Positions 46,250 to 56,380 of a DNA stretch of 64,000 nt are shown here, one piece after another. The stretch spans positions 203,555 through 267,554 of the forward strand of contig CBDEGU010000011.1 in assembly GCA_965238045.1 (NCBI GenBank), read 5' to 3'. This DNA comes from Bryobacterales bacterium. Its GTDB lineage: Bacteria; Acidobacteriota; Terriglobia; Bryobacterales; UBA6623. Position 1 is the first letter of the stretch; each line of letters starts with the position of its first letter. The position numbers were made by a program, and so were the translations under genes. Under the pieces are notes generated by a model. It saw nothing but the letters and a program-made list of their open reading frames with translations, was not told where the DNA came from and did no database searches.

Positions 46250-47461
46250 ATGGCAGGAAGCGATTTTTCTAATCAAGCAGGTTTATCGGCGGTTCTGCTG
46301 TGTCCGAATCGAAGACTCGCGCAGCAGTTTGCCTCTGCTATTCCTGACCCACGGGCTCTTGCCATCGTAGCGGATATCAACGAGTATCCTTCACCCCAGA
46401 AGCTGGGCGATCGCCTGCGGCAGCAGCGATGCGACCTGATTCTCCTGGACTTGGGGACGGACACCGAACTGGCGCTGAAGCTCATTGCGGCGGTCGCGGC
46501 CCTGCGGCCGAAGATTCACGTCGTCGGCCTGCACGACGCGAATGACGCTGGCATCATCATCCGCTCGCTGCGGGCCGGGGCTACGGAATTTCTGTGTGCT
46601 CCATTCGACTTGGACTCGCTCAGCACCGTAATGACCCGCATCGTCCGCATGAGAGAAACCGCCGAGGGCGCGACGCAAGAACGGGGGCGCCTGTATGGGT
46701 TTACCGGAGCGAAGGCGGGCCAGGGCGCGACCACTTTGGCCTACAACCTGGCATTTTCGGCCTCCCAGGAGGAGGGCCGAAAGGTTCTGCTGATGGATGT
46801 CGACTTGCTCGGTGCAACCGTATCGTTCGCGCTTCGCCTCAAACACGCCTACAATCTGCTCGATGCGTTGCGCCACACCGAGAAACTCGACAAGGCCCTC
46901 TGGTCGGCGCTGATTACTTCCCAGGACAGCCTGGACGTTCTTCTGGGTCCAGAGCGTCCAGAGGTGGTGGCGGTCGACAATCAAGGCGTGTCGCAATTGA
47001 TCGCCTTTGTGCGCCGCGCCTACGATGTGATCGTCATCGATCTGCCCTGCGCCTACGAAAGCATCTCGCGAGCCCTGATTCCAGAAATCGATGAACTCTA
47101 TGTCGTCTCCAATCCCGAGTTGTCGTCGCTTCACATGGCTCGCAAGTGTCTGACGCATCTTGGGCAGGAAGGCCCGGGGGAAGGTCAAATTTCGCTGGTG
47201 ATTAACCGCATGCACCGGCGGCAGGAGCTGACGGCCCAGGACATAGAAAAAGTCTTCAATTTTCCGGTGGGTTATGTTTTTCCAGAAGACCACTTGGCGG
47301 CTCACAGGGCGCTCACGGCCGGAAAGCCGGTCGCCTTGAATACCGAACTCGGGCGCACGATACGGTCCTTTGGCAAGACGATCTTGGGCACCGGGGGCGA
47401 GAAGAAGAAAAAGAAGAGCGCCGGCGGGCTGAGTCTGACCGCGCTGTTGTCGAACGGGTAA
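46250..47461 (+). CDS. cpaE: CpaE/TadZ (receiver-like N-domain plus ParA/MinD-type ATPase)
   Basis: I prefer ATG 46250. The deviant Walker A region is GFTGAKAGQGATTLAYNLA. VIVIDLP and a receiver-like N-terminus are present. Confidence 0.8.
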   Translation: MAGSDFSNQAGLSAVLLCPNRRLAQQFASAIPDPRALAIVADINEYPSPQKLGDRLRQQRCDLILLDLGTDTELALKLIAAVAALRPKIHVVGLHDANDAGIIIRSLRAGATEFLCAPFDLDSLSTVMTRIVRMRETAEGATQERGRLYGFTGAKAGQGATTLAYNLAFSASQEEGRKVLLMDVDLLGATVSFALRLKHAYNLLDALRHTEKLDKALWSALITSQDSLDVLLGPERPEVVAVDNQGVSQLIAFVRRAYDVIVIDLPCAYESISRALIPEIDELYVVSNPELSSLHMARKCLTHLGQEGPGEGQISLVINRMHRRQELTAQDIEKVFNFPVGYVFPEDHLAAHRALTAGKPVALNTELGRTIRSFGKTILGTGGEKKKKKSAGGLSLTALLSNG

Positions 47462-47493
47462 GTTTTATTCCCGCAAAGGGCTGAGAGTAAGCT

Positions 47494-48858
47494 ATGGCAC
47501 TACCACAGGAAATCGGCACGGCTTCGGATGTGGGATGGGAGGACCGCGTCCGGCGCGCCAGCACCGGGAGCCGTCTGACTCGGAATCCCGAATATCAGGA
47601 ATTGAAGTTTAAGCTCCACCGGCGTCTGCTTGACAAGATCAACCTGGAGGCGCTGGCGTCGATCGAGAATCAGAAAGTGCGCTCGGAAGTGCGCAATGCG
47701 CTGATGTCGCTGATCGACGAAGAGTCTACGCTGCTGAGTTCGCTGGAACGCCAGCAGATTTGTGACGAGGTGCTTGACGAAGTTTTTGGTCTTGGTCCGC
47801 TGGAACCGCTCCTTCAGTATCCGACCGTGAGCGACATTCTGGTCAATACGCATAAGCAAGTCTATGTTGAGCGAAAAGGTCAACTCGAGCTGACGAATGT
47901 CACATTCAAGGATGACGGGCATCTGCTGCGCATCATCGACAAAATCGTGTCCCAGGTCGGCCGGCGCGTGGATGAGTCCTCGCCGATGTGCGATGCTCGC
48001 CTTTCGGATGGTTCCCGCGTCAACGCCATCATCGCACCTCTGGCGGTGGACGGCCCGCTGCTGTCGATTCGGCGATTCAATAACGACAAACTGATGCCCG
48101 AGGATCTGGTCGCCTATCAGTCGATCACCGAGGGCATGCTGGAAATCATAAAAGCGTGTGTGCGCTCGCGGCTGAATATTATCGTGTCGGGCGGCACTGG
48201 TTCTGGAAAGACGACCATGCTCAACGCATTGTCGGCTTATATTTCTCCGAAAGAACGCGTTCTAACCATTGAGGATGCCGCCGAACTGCAGCTAAAGCAG
48301 CCCCATGTCGTCCGGCTGGAGACGCGGCCCCCCAACCTGGAAGGAGAAGGAGCGGTTCGGCAGCGCGAACTGCTGATCAACGCCTTGCGCATGCGCCCAG
48401 ACCGGATTGTGATTGGAGAGTGCCGTGGCGAGGAGGCGCTTGACATGCTGCAGGCCATGAACACTGGCCACGACGGCTCCATGACGACGATTCACGCCAA
48501 TACGCCGCGTGATGTCATCTCGCGTCTCGAGGTCATGGTCACCCTGGGAAGCAACATGCCGATCACGGCCATTCGCGGGCAGATTGCTTCGGCGGTGGAC
48601 CTCATCATTCAGTGTGAGCGATTGAGCGACGGGGCCAGGCGAGTCCGCAGTGTGACGGAAGTGACGACCATGGAAGGCGACATGGTCATGCTCCAAGACC
48701 TGTTTGTTTTTGAGAAGCTGGGCGTTTCTGGCGAGGGCAAGGTTCTAGGGCGATTCGCCGCCACCGGTATTCGTCCCCGATTCTACGAGAAGCTGCAGGC
48801 GGCGGGTCATCGCCTCGGGGCGGAGTTGTTTGAAGAGATCGTGGAAATCACGGAGTAA
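47494..48858 (+). CDS. cpaF: CpaF/TadA secretion ATPase
   Basis: Walker A is [10 protein letters not shown]. Also present are the Asp box, Walker [12 protein letters not shown] and the His box [13 protein letters not shown]. Confidence 0.9.
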   Translation: MALPQEIGTASDVGWEDRVRRASTGSRLTRNPEYQELKFKLHRRLLDKINLEALASIENQKVRSEVRNALMSLIDEESTLLSSLERQQICDEVLDEVFGLGPLEPLLQYPTVSDILVNTHKQVYVERKGQLELTNVTFKDDGHLLRIIDKIVSQVGRRVDESSPMCDARLSDGSRVNAIIAPLAVDGPLLSIRRFNNDKLMPEDLVAYQSITEGMLEIIKACVRSRLNIIVSGGTGSGKTTMLNALSAYISPKERVLTIEDAAELQLKQPHVVRLETRPPNLEGEGAVRQRELLINALRMRPDRIVIGECRGEEALDMLQAMNTGHDGSMTTIHANTPRDVISRLEVMVTLGSNMPITAIRGQIASAVDLIIQCERLSDGARRVRSVTEVTTMEGDMVMLQDLFVFEKLGVSGEGKVLGRFAATGIRPRFYEKLQAAGHRLGAELFEEIVEITE

Positions 48859-48864
48859 TTCATC

Positions 48865-49839
48865 ATGGGTGGTTTATTGATCTTTTTCTTGTTTTTGGCG
48901 GGCGTCATGGTCTTCACCATCGTCATCGCCAACAACGTCATGCGAAAGCGTGATGTCGACCAGATGAAGGACTTGGTGTCTGGCAAGACCGCCGTGAGCG
49001 TTAGCGGCGCATCGGCCGGATCGGGTTCCCTCATGAAGGCGGAGCATGCCACGAAGCGGGACCGGGTGGCAAAGCTTGTGCTCGGCCGTGACTTGAACCA
49101 AAAGATGCGGGACTTGATCGAGCAGGCTGGAATGGACTGGGATCCGGCGCGGACGATGCTGGGAGCTTTGTTTCTCGCCGTCCTCGGGTTCAACCTGTTC
49201 TGGTATGTCGTTCCGCGTGGCCAACCCATCGCGGTCATCGGCGTCATCGTGGGCGGCGGCGCCCCATTCCTCTACATCTATAGCAAGCGAAAAAAACGCC
49301 TGTTCAAGTTTGAAGAGCAATTTCCGGATGCCCTAGAGTTTGTCGCCCGAGCTATGAGGTCCGGTCATGCCTTCTCGGTATCGCTCGAGATGCTGCACAA
49401 GGAGTTTCCCCCGCCTCTGTCCGACGAATTTCGGCGCACCTTCGAGGAACAGAATCTCGGACTGCCCCTGGATGTCGCCTTGGAGCGCCTTGGGACAAGG
49501 GTGCCCCTGCTGGATGTTCACTTCTTCGTCTCGGCGGTCTTGCTTCAGAAGAGAACAGGCGGCAATTTGGCCGCGCTCTTGGAAAATCTTGCTTATTTGA
49601 TGCGCGAACGCTTCAAGCTGCGCGGAAGAATTCGGGCGATCAGCGCCCATGGCCGAATCTCGGGCCTTGTTCTCTCCATGATTCCAATGGCCGTCGCCTT
49701 GATGATGTTTGTTACGAACCCGGAATATGTTCTATTTTTCCTGGATGACCCGGACGGCAAGATCATGCTGGCCGCCTGTATCTTCCTGCAACTTCTCGGG
49801 TTCATTTCCATTCGTAAGATTACCGACATTGGAGTGTGA
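48865..49839 (+). CDS. tadB: TadB (type II secretion system F-domain membrane protein)
   Basis: The T2SS-F-type block is FPDALEFVARAMRSGHAFSVSLEML...LDVALERL, with flanking TM helices. Confidence 0.85.
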   Translation: MGGLLIFFLFLAGVMVFTIVIANNVMRKRDVDQMKDLVSGKTAVSVSGASAGSGSLMKAEHATKRDRVAKLVLGRDLNQKMRDLIEQAGMDWDPARTMLGALFLAVLGFNLFWYVVPRGQPIAVIGVIVGGGAPFLYIYSKRKKRLFKFEEQFPDALEFVARAMRSGHAFSVSLEMLHKEFPPPLSDEFRRTFEEQNLGLPLDVALERLGTRVPLLDVHFFVSAVLLQKRTGGNLAALLENLAYLMRERFKLRGRIRAISAHGRISGLVLSMIPMAVALMMFVTNPEYVLFFLDDPDGKIMLAACIFLQLLGFISIRKITDIGV

Positions 49840-49876
49840 CTTATGAGTGCGATGGTGGCATCGGTTTTCTTGTTTA

Positions 49877-50913
49877 GATGGGTATTCACTTGACTCAGGT
49901 ATTTTGAAATGGCCCCTACATGTTGTGGTTGTCCGTAGCGCGTGTTGCGGCGCCTCCGACCAGCGACTTGTAGGGCGCCGGTTGGACGGCGACGGCCTGC
50001 TGAACCAGGCGGTAGAAGAGCTTGCCTCGGCTTCTGGACTTGCGGCGGTTGAAGCGGAAGGTGAATTCGTCGAGGTAGTAGTCGAGATGCTCGTGGCTGA
50101 CGGCTCCTTGATGCGTACCCAGTATCCAACGCTTCAGTAACGACACCACGCGATGCACGCGGGGGAGCAGTTGAGAGGCTCGTGCCGGTTGCCCGTCCAG
50201 GTAGCTCACCTCGTGGCGATAGCCGTCGCTTTCGAGTGGCTCGTATCCCAGCCAGCCGTCCGTGTGGACCACGCTGCCGGGTTCGACCGACTCGCCGACG
50301 AAGGCCATCAAGCTGTCCCCAGAGGCGTTCGGAATCGTGCGCATCCGAACTCGTCCGATGCCGGCGCCATCTTCCTCGGCCGCTACTACAATCAGCGCTT
50401 TCGCGTCGGTTTGGCGGCCCCGCACGCCCTCCTCCAGGGCTCCTAAGTAAGTCTCGTCAACCTCAACGCGCCCGCTGAGGCGATCACGTCCGGGCCGCAC
50501 CATAGCGCGCCGAAGCTTGTGCAACCAAGTCCAGGCCGTCTTGTAGCTGCCCAGGCCCAACACCCGCTGCAATCCCAATGCACTCGCCCCGTTCTTCTGG
50601 CTGGTGAGCCACCACATTGCTCGAAACCAACTCTGGAGCGGCTTGCGGGTGTCTTGAAAGATTGTGCCTGCTGTCGCCGAAGCTTGATGCCCGCAGCTTG
50701 CACACTGCAGCAGCACCGTGCGCACCGCCCAGGTTTTGTCATGCCCGCATCGCGGACAACGAAAACCCTCCGGCCAGCGGAGTTGACACAGATACTCCCG
50801 ACAGGCCTGCTCGCTAGCGAAACGCGCCTCGAACTCGGCCAAATTCCGGGGATAATCTTCCATCGCCCAAGATCCTACATCTTGGGGTCACCTGAGTCAA
50901 GTAAATACCCATC
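49877..50913 (-). mobile_element. IS1595-family insertion sequence (1037 bp) with 8-bp target-site duplication
   Basis: The 24-bp IRs are GATGGGTATTCACTTGACTCAGGT (49877-49900) and the complement of 50890-50913, with 1 mismatch. The perfect direct repeats CTTGTTTA are at 49869-49876 and 50914-50921. Confidence 0.9.
49916..50863 (-). CDS. IS1595 family (ISXO2-like) transposase
   Basis: The N-terminal zinc ribbon is ACREYLCQLRWPEGFRCPRCGH...CASCGH. A DDE region follows, with VEVDETYLG and HTDGW. Confidence 0.9.
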   Translation of the reverse strand: MEDYPRNLAEFEARFASEQACREYLCQLRWPEGFRCPRCGHDKTWAVRTVLLQCASCGHQASATAGTIFQDTRKPLQSWFRAMWWLTSQKNGASALGLQRVLGLGSYKTAWTWLHKLRRAMVRPGRDRLSGRVEVDETYLGALEEGVRGRQTDAKALIVVAAEEDGAGIGRVRMRTIPNASGDSLMAFVGESVEPGSVVHTDGWLGYEPLESDGYRHEVSYLDGQPARASQLLPRVHRVVSLLKRWILGTHQGAVSHEHLDYYLDEFTFRFNRRKSRSRGKLFYRLVQQAVAVQPAPYKSLVGGAATRATDNHNM

Positions 50914-52167
50914 CTTGTTTATTCTGATCGCGATTCTCTTGGGGACGGTGGGTTTCAAGTTTTGGGTCCAGCCCAAGGCCGCCTTGGAACGGGTCGTTGG
51001 CGAAGTGGAGCTGGGCGACCAAATCGTCAGGCATCCGAGTCTGTCGTTTCGTACGCTGCTAGCCAAGATTGGCACTGTGGTGCCACAAAACCCGACCGAT
51101 GTCGGTATTCAACAGCGCAAGCTTCTTACCGCCGGATTCCGCAGCGCCTATGCGCTCAAGGTGCTTTACGGGATTAAGGGAGCCATGGCGCTAGCTATGA
51201 CGATTGTCAGTGCGGGCGTCGTGTTCGGGTTTGAAATGCAGGGCGAGATGACATTTTTTCAGATCCTGGCTGCCGGGGCGCTGGGATGGTCGTTGCCGAA
51301 CTTTGTCGTCGGCCGGATGGTCTCAAAGCGGCAGGCGAATCTCAGGAAAGGTCTGCCAAACGCGCTAGACATGCTCGTGATTTGCGTGGAGTCCGGTCTT
51401 GGATTGGACCAGGCGCTCATGCAAGTAAGTAAGGAATTGCATTTGGCGCACCCGGAGATCAGCGACGAATTCGCCATCATGAATCTGGAGATGCGAGCCG
51501 GAAAGAAGCGCGCCGATGCGTTGCACAACCTGGGGGAAAGAACCGATGTCGACGAACTCAAGAAAATGGTCAGCGTGCTGGTGCAAGCCGACCGTTTCGG
51601 CACCAGTATTTCTCAGACCCTGCGTAATTTTTCGGATTACATGAGAGTTCAGGCCCGCCAGATCGCCGAGGAGAAGGCTGCGAAGATCGGCGTCAAATTA
51701 GTGTTCCCGATCTTCTTTTTCATTCTCCCTTCTCTCTTTGTTGTTACGGTCGGCCCGATGATGGTTCGCGTCATGAGAGACTTCTTGCCGCAGTTGGCGC
51801 TCTGAGAGATGAGGAGACCGGAAGCCTGGTTTGCCGGGAGCCTTGGGAAGCGGCGTTGGAGCAAGAAAGGCCGCGTCGCAGGACGGCAGGAGTTGTGTGA
51901 ATGCTGAACGTCACGGGAGCGGTCTTCGCGCCTTGGCGGTTCCGCGGACCGCTGAAGAACTGTGGTGAGGCCGGCGCCTAAGGCGCCAGCGAATTTGGAA
52001 ATAGGAGACATACCAGCAGGTGATCCCATCCGCGAGATGTGTTCGCGGTCTGCGTGGCCGGGATTGTAGCTGAGTCAACGATGTCGGGTCCCCCCGCACC
52101 CTGACGCAGAGACGCCAGCAGCTGTGGGCGAGCAGGAATACCTGCATGCCCGACGAGGTGCGACAAA

Positions 52168-55100
52168 GTGACTATGACTGTGTGGAAAGTGAGGAAGACC
52201 AATAGACAATACTCCCCGGTTGCGCTGAGTGCGTTTCTGGCGGGCTGGCTCTTGCTCTGTTGTCTGGGGCCAGAGCAGGTTCTGGGCCAGACGGCCGTCT
52301 CTCGTCTCGGCACGGTCATTCCATTGCCGGGGCATATCAGCGAGCTTGTCGTTGATGAGGCGCGCGGCCAGATTTATGCCGCCAACTTCAGCGCCGGGCG
52401 GGTCGAGGTGGTGTCGATGACGACGCGGCGGAGGCTGGGGTCCATTCTGACCAGCTCGTCGCCGTCCGCGATTACGGCGATGGCCATGACGCACGACAGC
52501 CGTTTTTTGGTCGTCACAAGCGTTCCGGTAAGCGAGACGCCCGGTTCGACGGTGACCGTCATCAACCTCAATGACCCCGGTGACCGGCGGTTTTATACCG
52601 TCGTGGATCGGCCGCTCGCGATGGCCTTCGGGGCCAACGGCGAAGGCCTGTTCGTCACTGCTGGCGGCTTTCAGATCTTCGATCCGGCCACCGGCACGTT
52701 CACCGATGTGTTCAGCTTCGGTGATGGCTCGAGCGACGATGTCGACCTGCCCGTCCCGATGCCGACCTTTCCCCGTGAAGTCGTCTTTGCAAGCGCGGCG
52801 GCCTCGCGGGACGGCAAACTGATCTACGGCGTGACCGATGTCTTTGTCTACTCCTTTCAGGTCGGTCTCTCGAGATTAACCATCCGGCCCATCGAGACCA
52901 TCATCACGCCTCCCGTCTTTTCGCAGGCCAGCACCGCCGACGACGGCAGCTATTTCATGGCTGGCCAGTTGCTCTTCAATAAGCGCCTCTCGGTTCTGGC
53001 GGATACCCTGGAGACCGGCGGAGCGGGCATGCTCATCGGCGGTCACGTCATCGACAGCGAAATCGACACGGTCTATGCCGCCTTCGACGTGGCCGTGGCA
53101 GGGCTGCCGGGTCAGACGCCTGGCGCCGTGCTCAACGTCATGGACGCGGATAATCTGTTCGTGCGGGAGCGCTTCATGCTCCCCGAGCAAGTCACTGGCA
53201 GGCTGGCTCTTGCCTCCGGCGGCAACGAGATATACGCCGTGACCGAATCCGGCCTGACGCATATACCGCTTGGGAACCTCGATGGCTATCCGCAACTTGA
53301 GGTGAAGGCGGAAGACCGCAATTTGTTGTTCCAGTTTGACTTCTGTTCGCAAGGCACCCAGACCCGCGTCTTGCGCCTGGAGAGTCCCGACGGCAGCTCA
53401 GCGTCGTTCCGGCTCTCGGCCACCGACATGGACGGCTTACCGGCATTCGGCATTTCTTTTGAGCCGAGCCAGGGCCAGACTCCCGCCGAAGTGCAAGTCA
53501 CCGTCGCGCCTTCCGCGGTTGGCAATGCTCAGGGAACCGCGGAGTTCCTGGTAGGCATCGAGACCGACGCGGTCAACATCCCAAATACTTCACGGCTCTT
53601 TGTCAATGTCCGCGATCTGGATCAAAAGGGAATTTTCCACGAAATGCACGGACGATTCGTTGATATCGTCGCGGATCCGGTGCGCAGCCGCTTCTATGTT
53701 CTCGACCAGGAATCTTTTCTGGTGCATATGTTTGACAGCGATACCTTCCGCTTGCTGGGAAGTTTTCGAACCGGAAACACCCCTACCTGGATGACCATCG
53801 GGAACCTGGGGAAGTTCCTGATCATCGCAAATTCCCAGGCGGAGACTCTCACCTTCGTGGACCTCTATACGTTGACGAAGTTCGGTGACGTGCTGCTGCC
53901 TTGGCAGGTGCTTAAGGATGGGCATTATCCGAGGAGCGTGGCCACCGACAATTCCTCGGTGCTGATCCTGTCGAAGACACCGGACGAAGGGGAGGTGTCG
54001 AAGCTTGCCGTCACCTTCCGCGGCGTCCGCACGCCGTCGACGCTCGGCATTTTTGAAAATTCCGTCTCCCCCGAAACCGCGCTCGTGTCGCTGCCGGACC
54101 GCTCCGGTATTTTCTTCGCGTCAAGCAGCGGCACCGTCGCCCTCTGGGAGGCCTTGACGCCAACCACGTCAAAGATTATCCTGTCTCGCAGTGACCTTTC
54201 CGGTCTCGAGGGCGCGATTGGCGCCGGCTCCGACTTTTTCGTGGCCGGCAGTCATCTGCTGAATTCCTCTCTGGTGCCTCAATTCGAGTTCGATGACGCC
54301 TCCGCGGGCATGGAGTCGACCGGTTTTACCGTGACGCGGGACGGTACCGCGATCCGATCGCTGCGTCCCGTCTCGACCGTGGACTCGGGCAGCCTGCGGC
54401 GGTTTGATCCGCGCGATCCCCGGATCTTGGACTCGCCGGTGAGAATCGTGGAAACGCCGCCGGCCATCACCCGTGCCTTTCCGTTTATCCGAACCCTGGC
54501 GGCACTGTCCAACGGAAAGCTGGCGTCCACCGGAACGGCCGGCATCGTCGAGCTTCCCGTCGAGTTCGATAAGAATCTCCAGAGTCCGCGCATCACGGCG
54601 ATCGTCAACAGCGCGAACTTTACGACGGCTGCCGCGGTGGGCGGGCTGATCAGTCTGTTCGGCGAGAACCTGGCCGCACAGGAGGTTTCCGCCGGCACGA
54701 CTCCCTTGCCCACGACGCTGGGCGGCACTTGTGTGTCTATGAACGGGTTGAGTCTTCCGCTGGTCTATGTGTCCCCTGGTCAGATCAATGCTCAGGCCAG
54801 TTTTAGCATTGCCGGCGACCTTGCCACGGTCGTTCGCAACCCGGGAGGACTGAGCAATATCTTCATCAGCACGGTCTCGCTTTCGGCGCCGGCGGTCTTT
54901 AGCGTGGAGCATCCCAGTGAGGAGACCCTGCTCAAAGCGGTGTTCCGGCTGAAGAATAATCAACTGGCCACGCTTTCCAATCCCTTCCGGCACAACGAAA
55001 TCGGCGTCATCTTCGCTACCGGGCTTGGGTCCGTGACCCCGATTGGGATCGACGGGTATCCCGCGGCGCCCGAACCGCTCTCTATCACCACCGTCGATCC

Positions 55101-55284
55101 GGTCATTACGGTCGGCGGCGAGACAGCTCCCATACTGTATTCGGGTTTGGCTCCCGGTTTTGTCGGACTCTACCAGATCAATTTCATCGTGCCGATCGGA
55201 GCACCGACAGGTCTGCAAGTTCCTTTGGTCGTAACTGGCAGCACCTCGACGGACGGGTTCTTTATCCGAATCGTCGAAGAGTAA
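52168..55284 (+). CDS. large secreted beta-propeller-repeat protein with Solibacter-type C-terminal domain
   Basis: Signal peptide. There are repeated YVTN-like strands (QIYAANFSAGRVEVVSM, SRFYVLDQESFLVHMFD, GKFLIIANSQAETLTFVDL). The C-terminus LPLVYVSPGQINAQ...ILYSGLAPGFVGLYQINFIVP matches my recollection of the TIGR03437 (Soli_cterm) pattern. Confidence 0.75.
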   Translation: MTMTVWKVRKTNRQYSPVALSAFLAGWLLLCCLGPEQVLGQTAVSRLGTVIPLPGHISELVVDEARGQIYAANFSAGRVEVVSMTTRRRLGSILTSSSPSAITAMAMTHDSRFLVVTSVPVSETPGSTVTVINLNDPGDRRFYTVVDRPLAMAFGANGEGLFVTAGGFQIFDPATGTFTDVFSFGDGSSDDVDLPVPMPTFPREVVFASAAASRDGKLIYGVTDVFVYSFQVGLSRLTIRPIETIITPPVFSQASTADDGSYFMAGQLLFNKRLSVLADTLETGGAGMLIGGHVIDSEIDTVYAAFDVAVAGLPGQTPGAVLNVMDADNLFVRERFMLPEQVTGRLALASGGNEIYAVTESGLTHIPLGNLDGYPQLEVKAEDRNLLFQFDFCSQGTQTRVLRLESPDGSSASFRLSATDMDGLPAFGISFEPSQGQTPAEVQVTVAPSAVGNAQGTAEFLVGIETDAVNIPNTSRLFVNVRDLDQKGIFHEMHGRFVDIVADPVRSRFYVLDQESFLVHMFDSDTFRLLGSFRTGNTPTWMTIGNLGKFLIIANSQAETLTFVDLYTLTKFGDVLLPWQVLKDGHYPRSVATDNSSVLILSKTPDEGEVSKLAVTFRGVRTPSTLGIFENSVSPETALVSLPDRSGIFFASSSGTVALWEALTPTTSKIILSRSDLSGLEGAIGAGSDFFVAGSHLLNSSLVPQFEFDDASAGMESTGFTVTRDGTAIRSLRPVSTVDSGSLRRFDPRDPRILDSPVRIVETPPAITRAFPFIRTLAALSNGKLASTGTAGIVELPVEFDKNLQSPRITAIVNSANFTTAAAVGGLISLFGENLAAQEVSAGTTPLPTTLGGTCVSMNGLSLPLVYVSPGQINAQASFSIAGDLATVVRNPGGLSNIFISTVSLSAPAVFSVEHPSEETLLKAVFRLKNNQLATLSNPFRHNEIGVIFATGLGSVTPIGIDGYPAAPEPLSITTVDPVITVGGETAPILYSGLAPGFVGLYQINFIVPIGAPTGLQVPLVVTGSTSTDGFFIRIVEE

Positions 55285-55381
55285 CCGTCTAAATCACGCT
55301 CGGCTGCCTTGGCCGGCCCCCTCCCCGCATCTGCCCGGCCAAGGCGCCTGTTCCTGGAGCTACGAAAACGCTGTGACAAAT

Positions 55382-56032
55382 ATGATGAAACCGGTCATCC
55401 TCTCCAGCCTGCTCTTGGCGCTGCTGCTCTCGCCGGTGATCCTGCGGGCGCAAGGGAATTATGAAGTCGGTGTGATCGGACTGATCACCTCCTACAAGAA
55501 GGTCAATGTTGAGAGTCCGGGGAACTCCGGAGAGGTCGGTCCGAAATTCGGTCCCGCTGCTGGTTTCGTCATCGGCCAGTCAATCGGCGATCACTGGGGA
55601 GGCGAGTTTCGGTATATCTACTTCAAGAACGATATCGAGCTTGCGTCCTCGTCGACTTCAACGGAGTTCAGCGCCGAGTCTCACGCGGTTCACTACGATG
55701 TGCTCTATTACTTCAGTGATCTCGACGCCAGGGTACGGCCCTACGTGGCGATTGGCGGCGGTGTGAAAGTCTTCCGGGGAAGCGGGCAGGAGCAGGCCTT
55801 CCAGCCCCTGAGCGACCTGGCGTTGCTGACCAAGACCACGCAGGCGGTGCCGGTCGGCGATGTTGGCTTCGGCGTCAAGGTTCGCGTCGGCTCCGGCGGC
55901 ATGTTCCGCATCGAGTTTCGCGACTATATTTCTCCGGTTCCCGACGAAGTCATTGCCGAGTCGGTGGACTCCAAGATCGACAATCTGCTGCATCATTTCG
56001 CTCCGCTGGTTGGTTTCACCTGGACGTTTTAG
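55382..56032 (+). CDS. outer-membrane beta-barrel protein (OmpW/OmpA-barrel-like)
   Basis: The signal peptide is MMKPVILSSLLLALLLSPVILRAQG. It has an alternating beta-strand pattern and ends VGFTWTF. Confidence 0.7.
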   Translation: MMKPVILSSLLLALLLSPVILRAQGNYEVGVIGLITSYKKVNVESPGNSGEVGPKFGPAAGFVIGQSIGDHWGGEFRYIYFKNDIELASSSTSTEFSAESHAVHYDVLYYFSDLDARVRPYVAIGGGVKVFRGSGQEQAFQPLSDLALLTKTTQAVPVGDVGFGVKVRVGSGGMFRIEFRDYISPVPDEVIAESVDSKIDNLLHHFAPLVGFTWTF

Positions 56033-56056
56033 CTCTCCACTCGTGTTGCCAGGAGC

Positions 56057-56100
56057 CGGGGTCGCGTCCAGCGCGGCGCCTAGTTCGGCGCCCGACCCCG
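56057..56100 (+). terminator. candidate terminator hairpin after the OMP gene
   Basis: The outer stem is CGGGGTCG/CGACCCCG and the inner stem is GGCGCC/GGCGCC around the loop TAGTTC. It is followed by TATTCTCTCT. Confidence 0.35.
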
Positions 56101-56380
56101 TATTCTCTCTAGCCGCGAGCCTGGGGTTTCGTCCTCCGCTCCCGCCTCGCACCGTTTCGTCCGCGGGAACAAACGGAGGCCAGGCCGCGCGGCGCACCTC
56201 GCGATCAGTCCTCCTGACTGGCGTTGTTTTCCAGGCGGCGAACTCCGCCGGCCGTGCACGGCCGCCTGCTCCTCCCAGTGCTCGCACAGGCCCGTTGCGG
56301 GTGCCTCCGCGCTTTAGCCCGTGGCCGGGAAAGGTATTATACTGAGTCTTGGTAGTCTGGTTTTCACAGGAGATGACTGC

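Larger units (their letters stand above)
49843..51805 (+). pseudogene. tadC: TadC interrupted after codon 11 by an IS1595-family element
   Basis: ATG 49843 gives MSAMVASVFLF. The coding sequence resumes in frame after the IS (ILIAILLGTVGFKFWVQP... to TGA 51805), with T2SS-F-type blocks LPNALDMLVICVESGLGLDQAL. Removing 49877-50921 restores one continuous ORF. Confidence 0.85.

Noticed and set aside
50519-50913. The track ORF extends tadC upstream to 50519, giving a 428-aa protein.
   Set aside because: The first ~130 codons lie inside the IS1595 element, antisense to its transposase. The frame is open by chance. The genuine tadC 5' end is at 49843-49876.
51806-52167. Small ORFs after tadC (32 aa from 51811; 26 aa from 51901) as possible TadE/TadF pseudopilins, and the hairpin GGCGCC-TAA-GGCGCC (51973-51987) as a terminator.
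   Set aside because: Neither peptide has the TadE-type hydrophobic N-terminal motif. The hairpin is short and lacks a U-tract.
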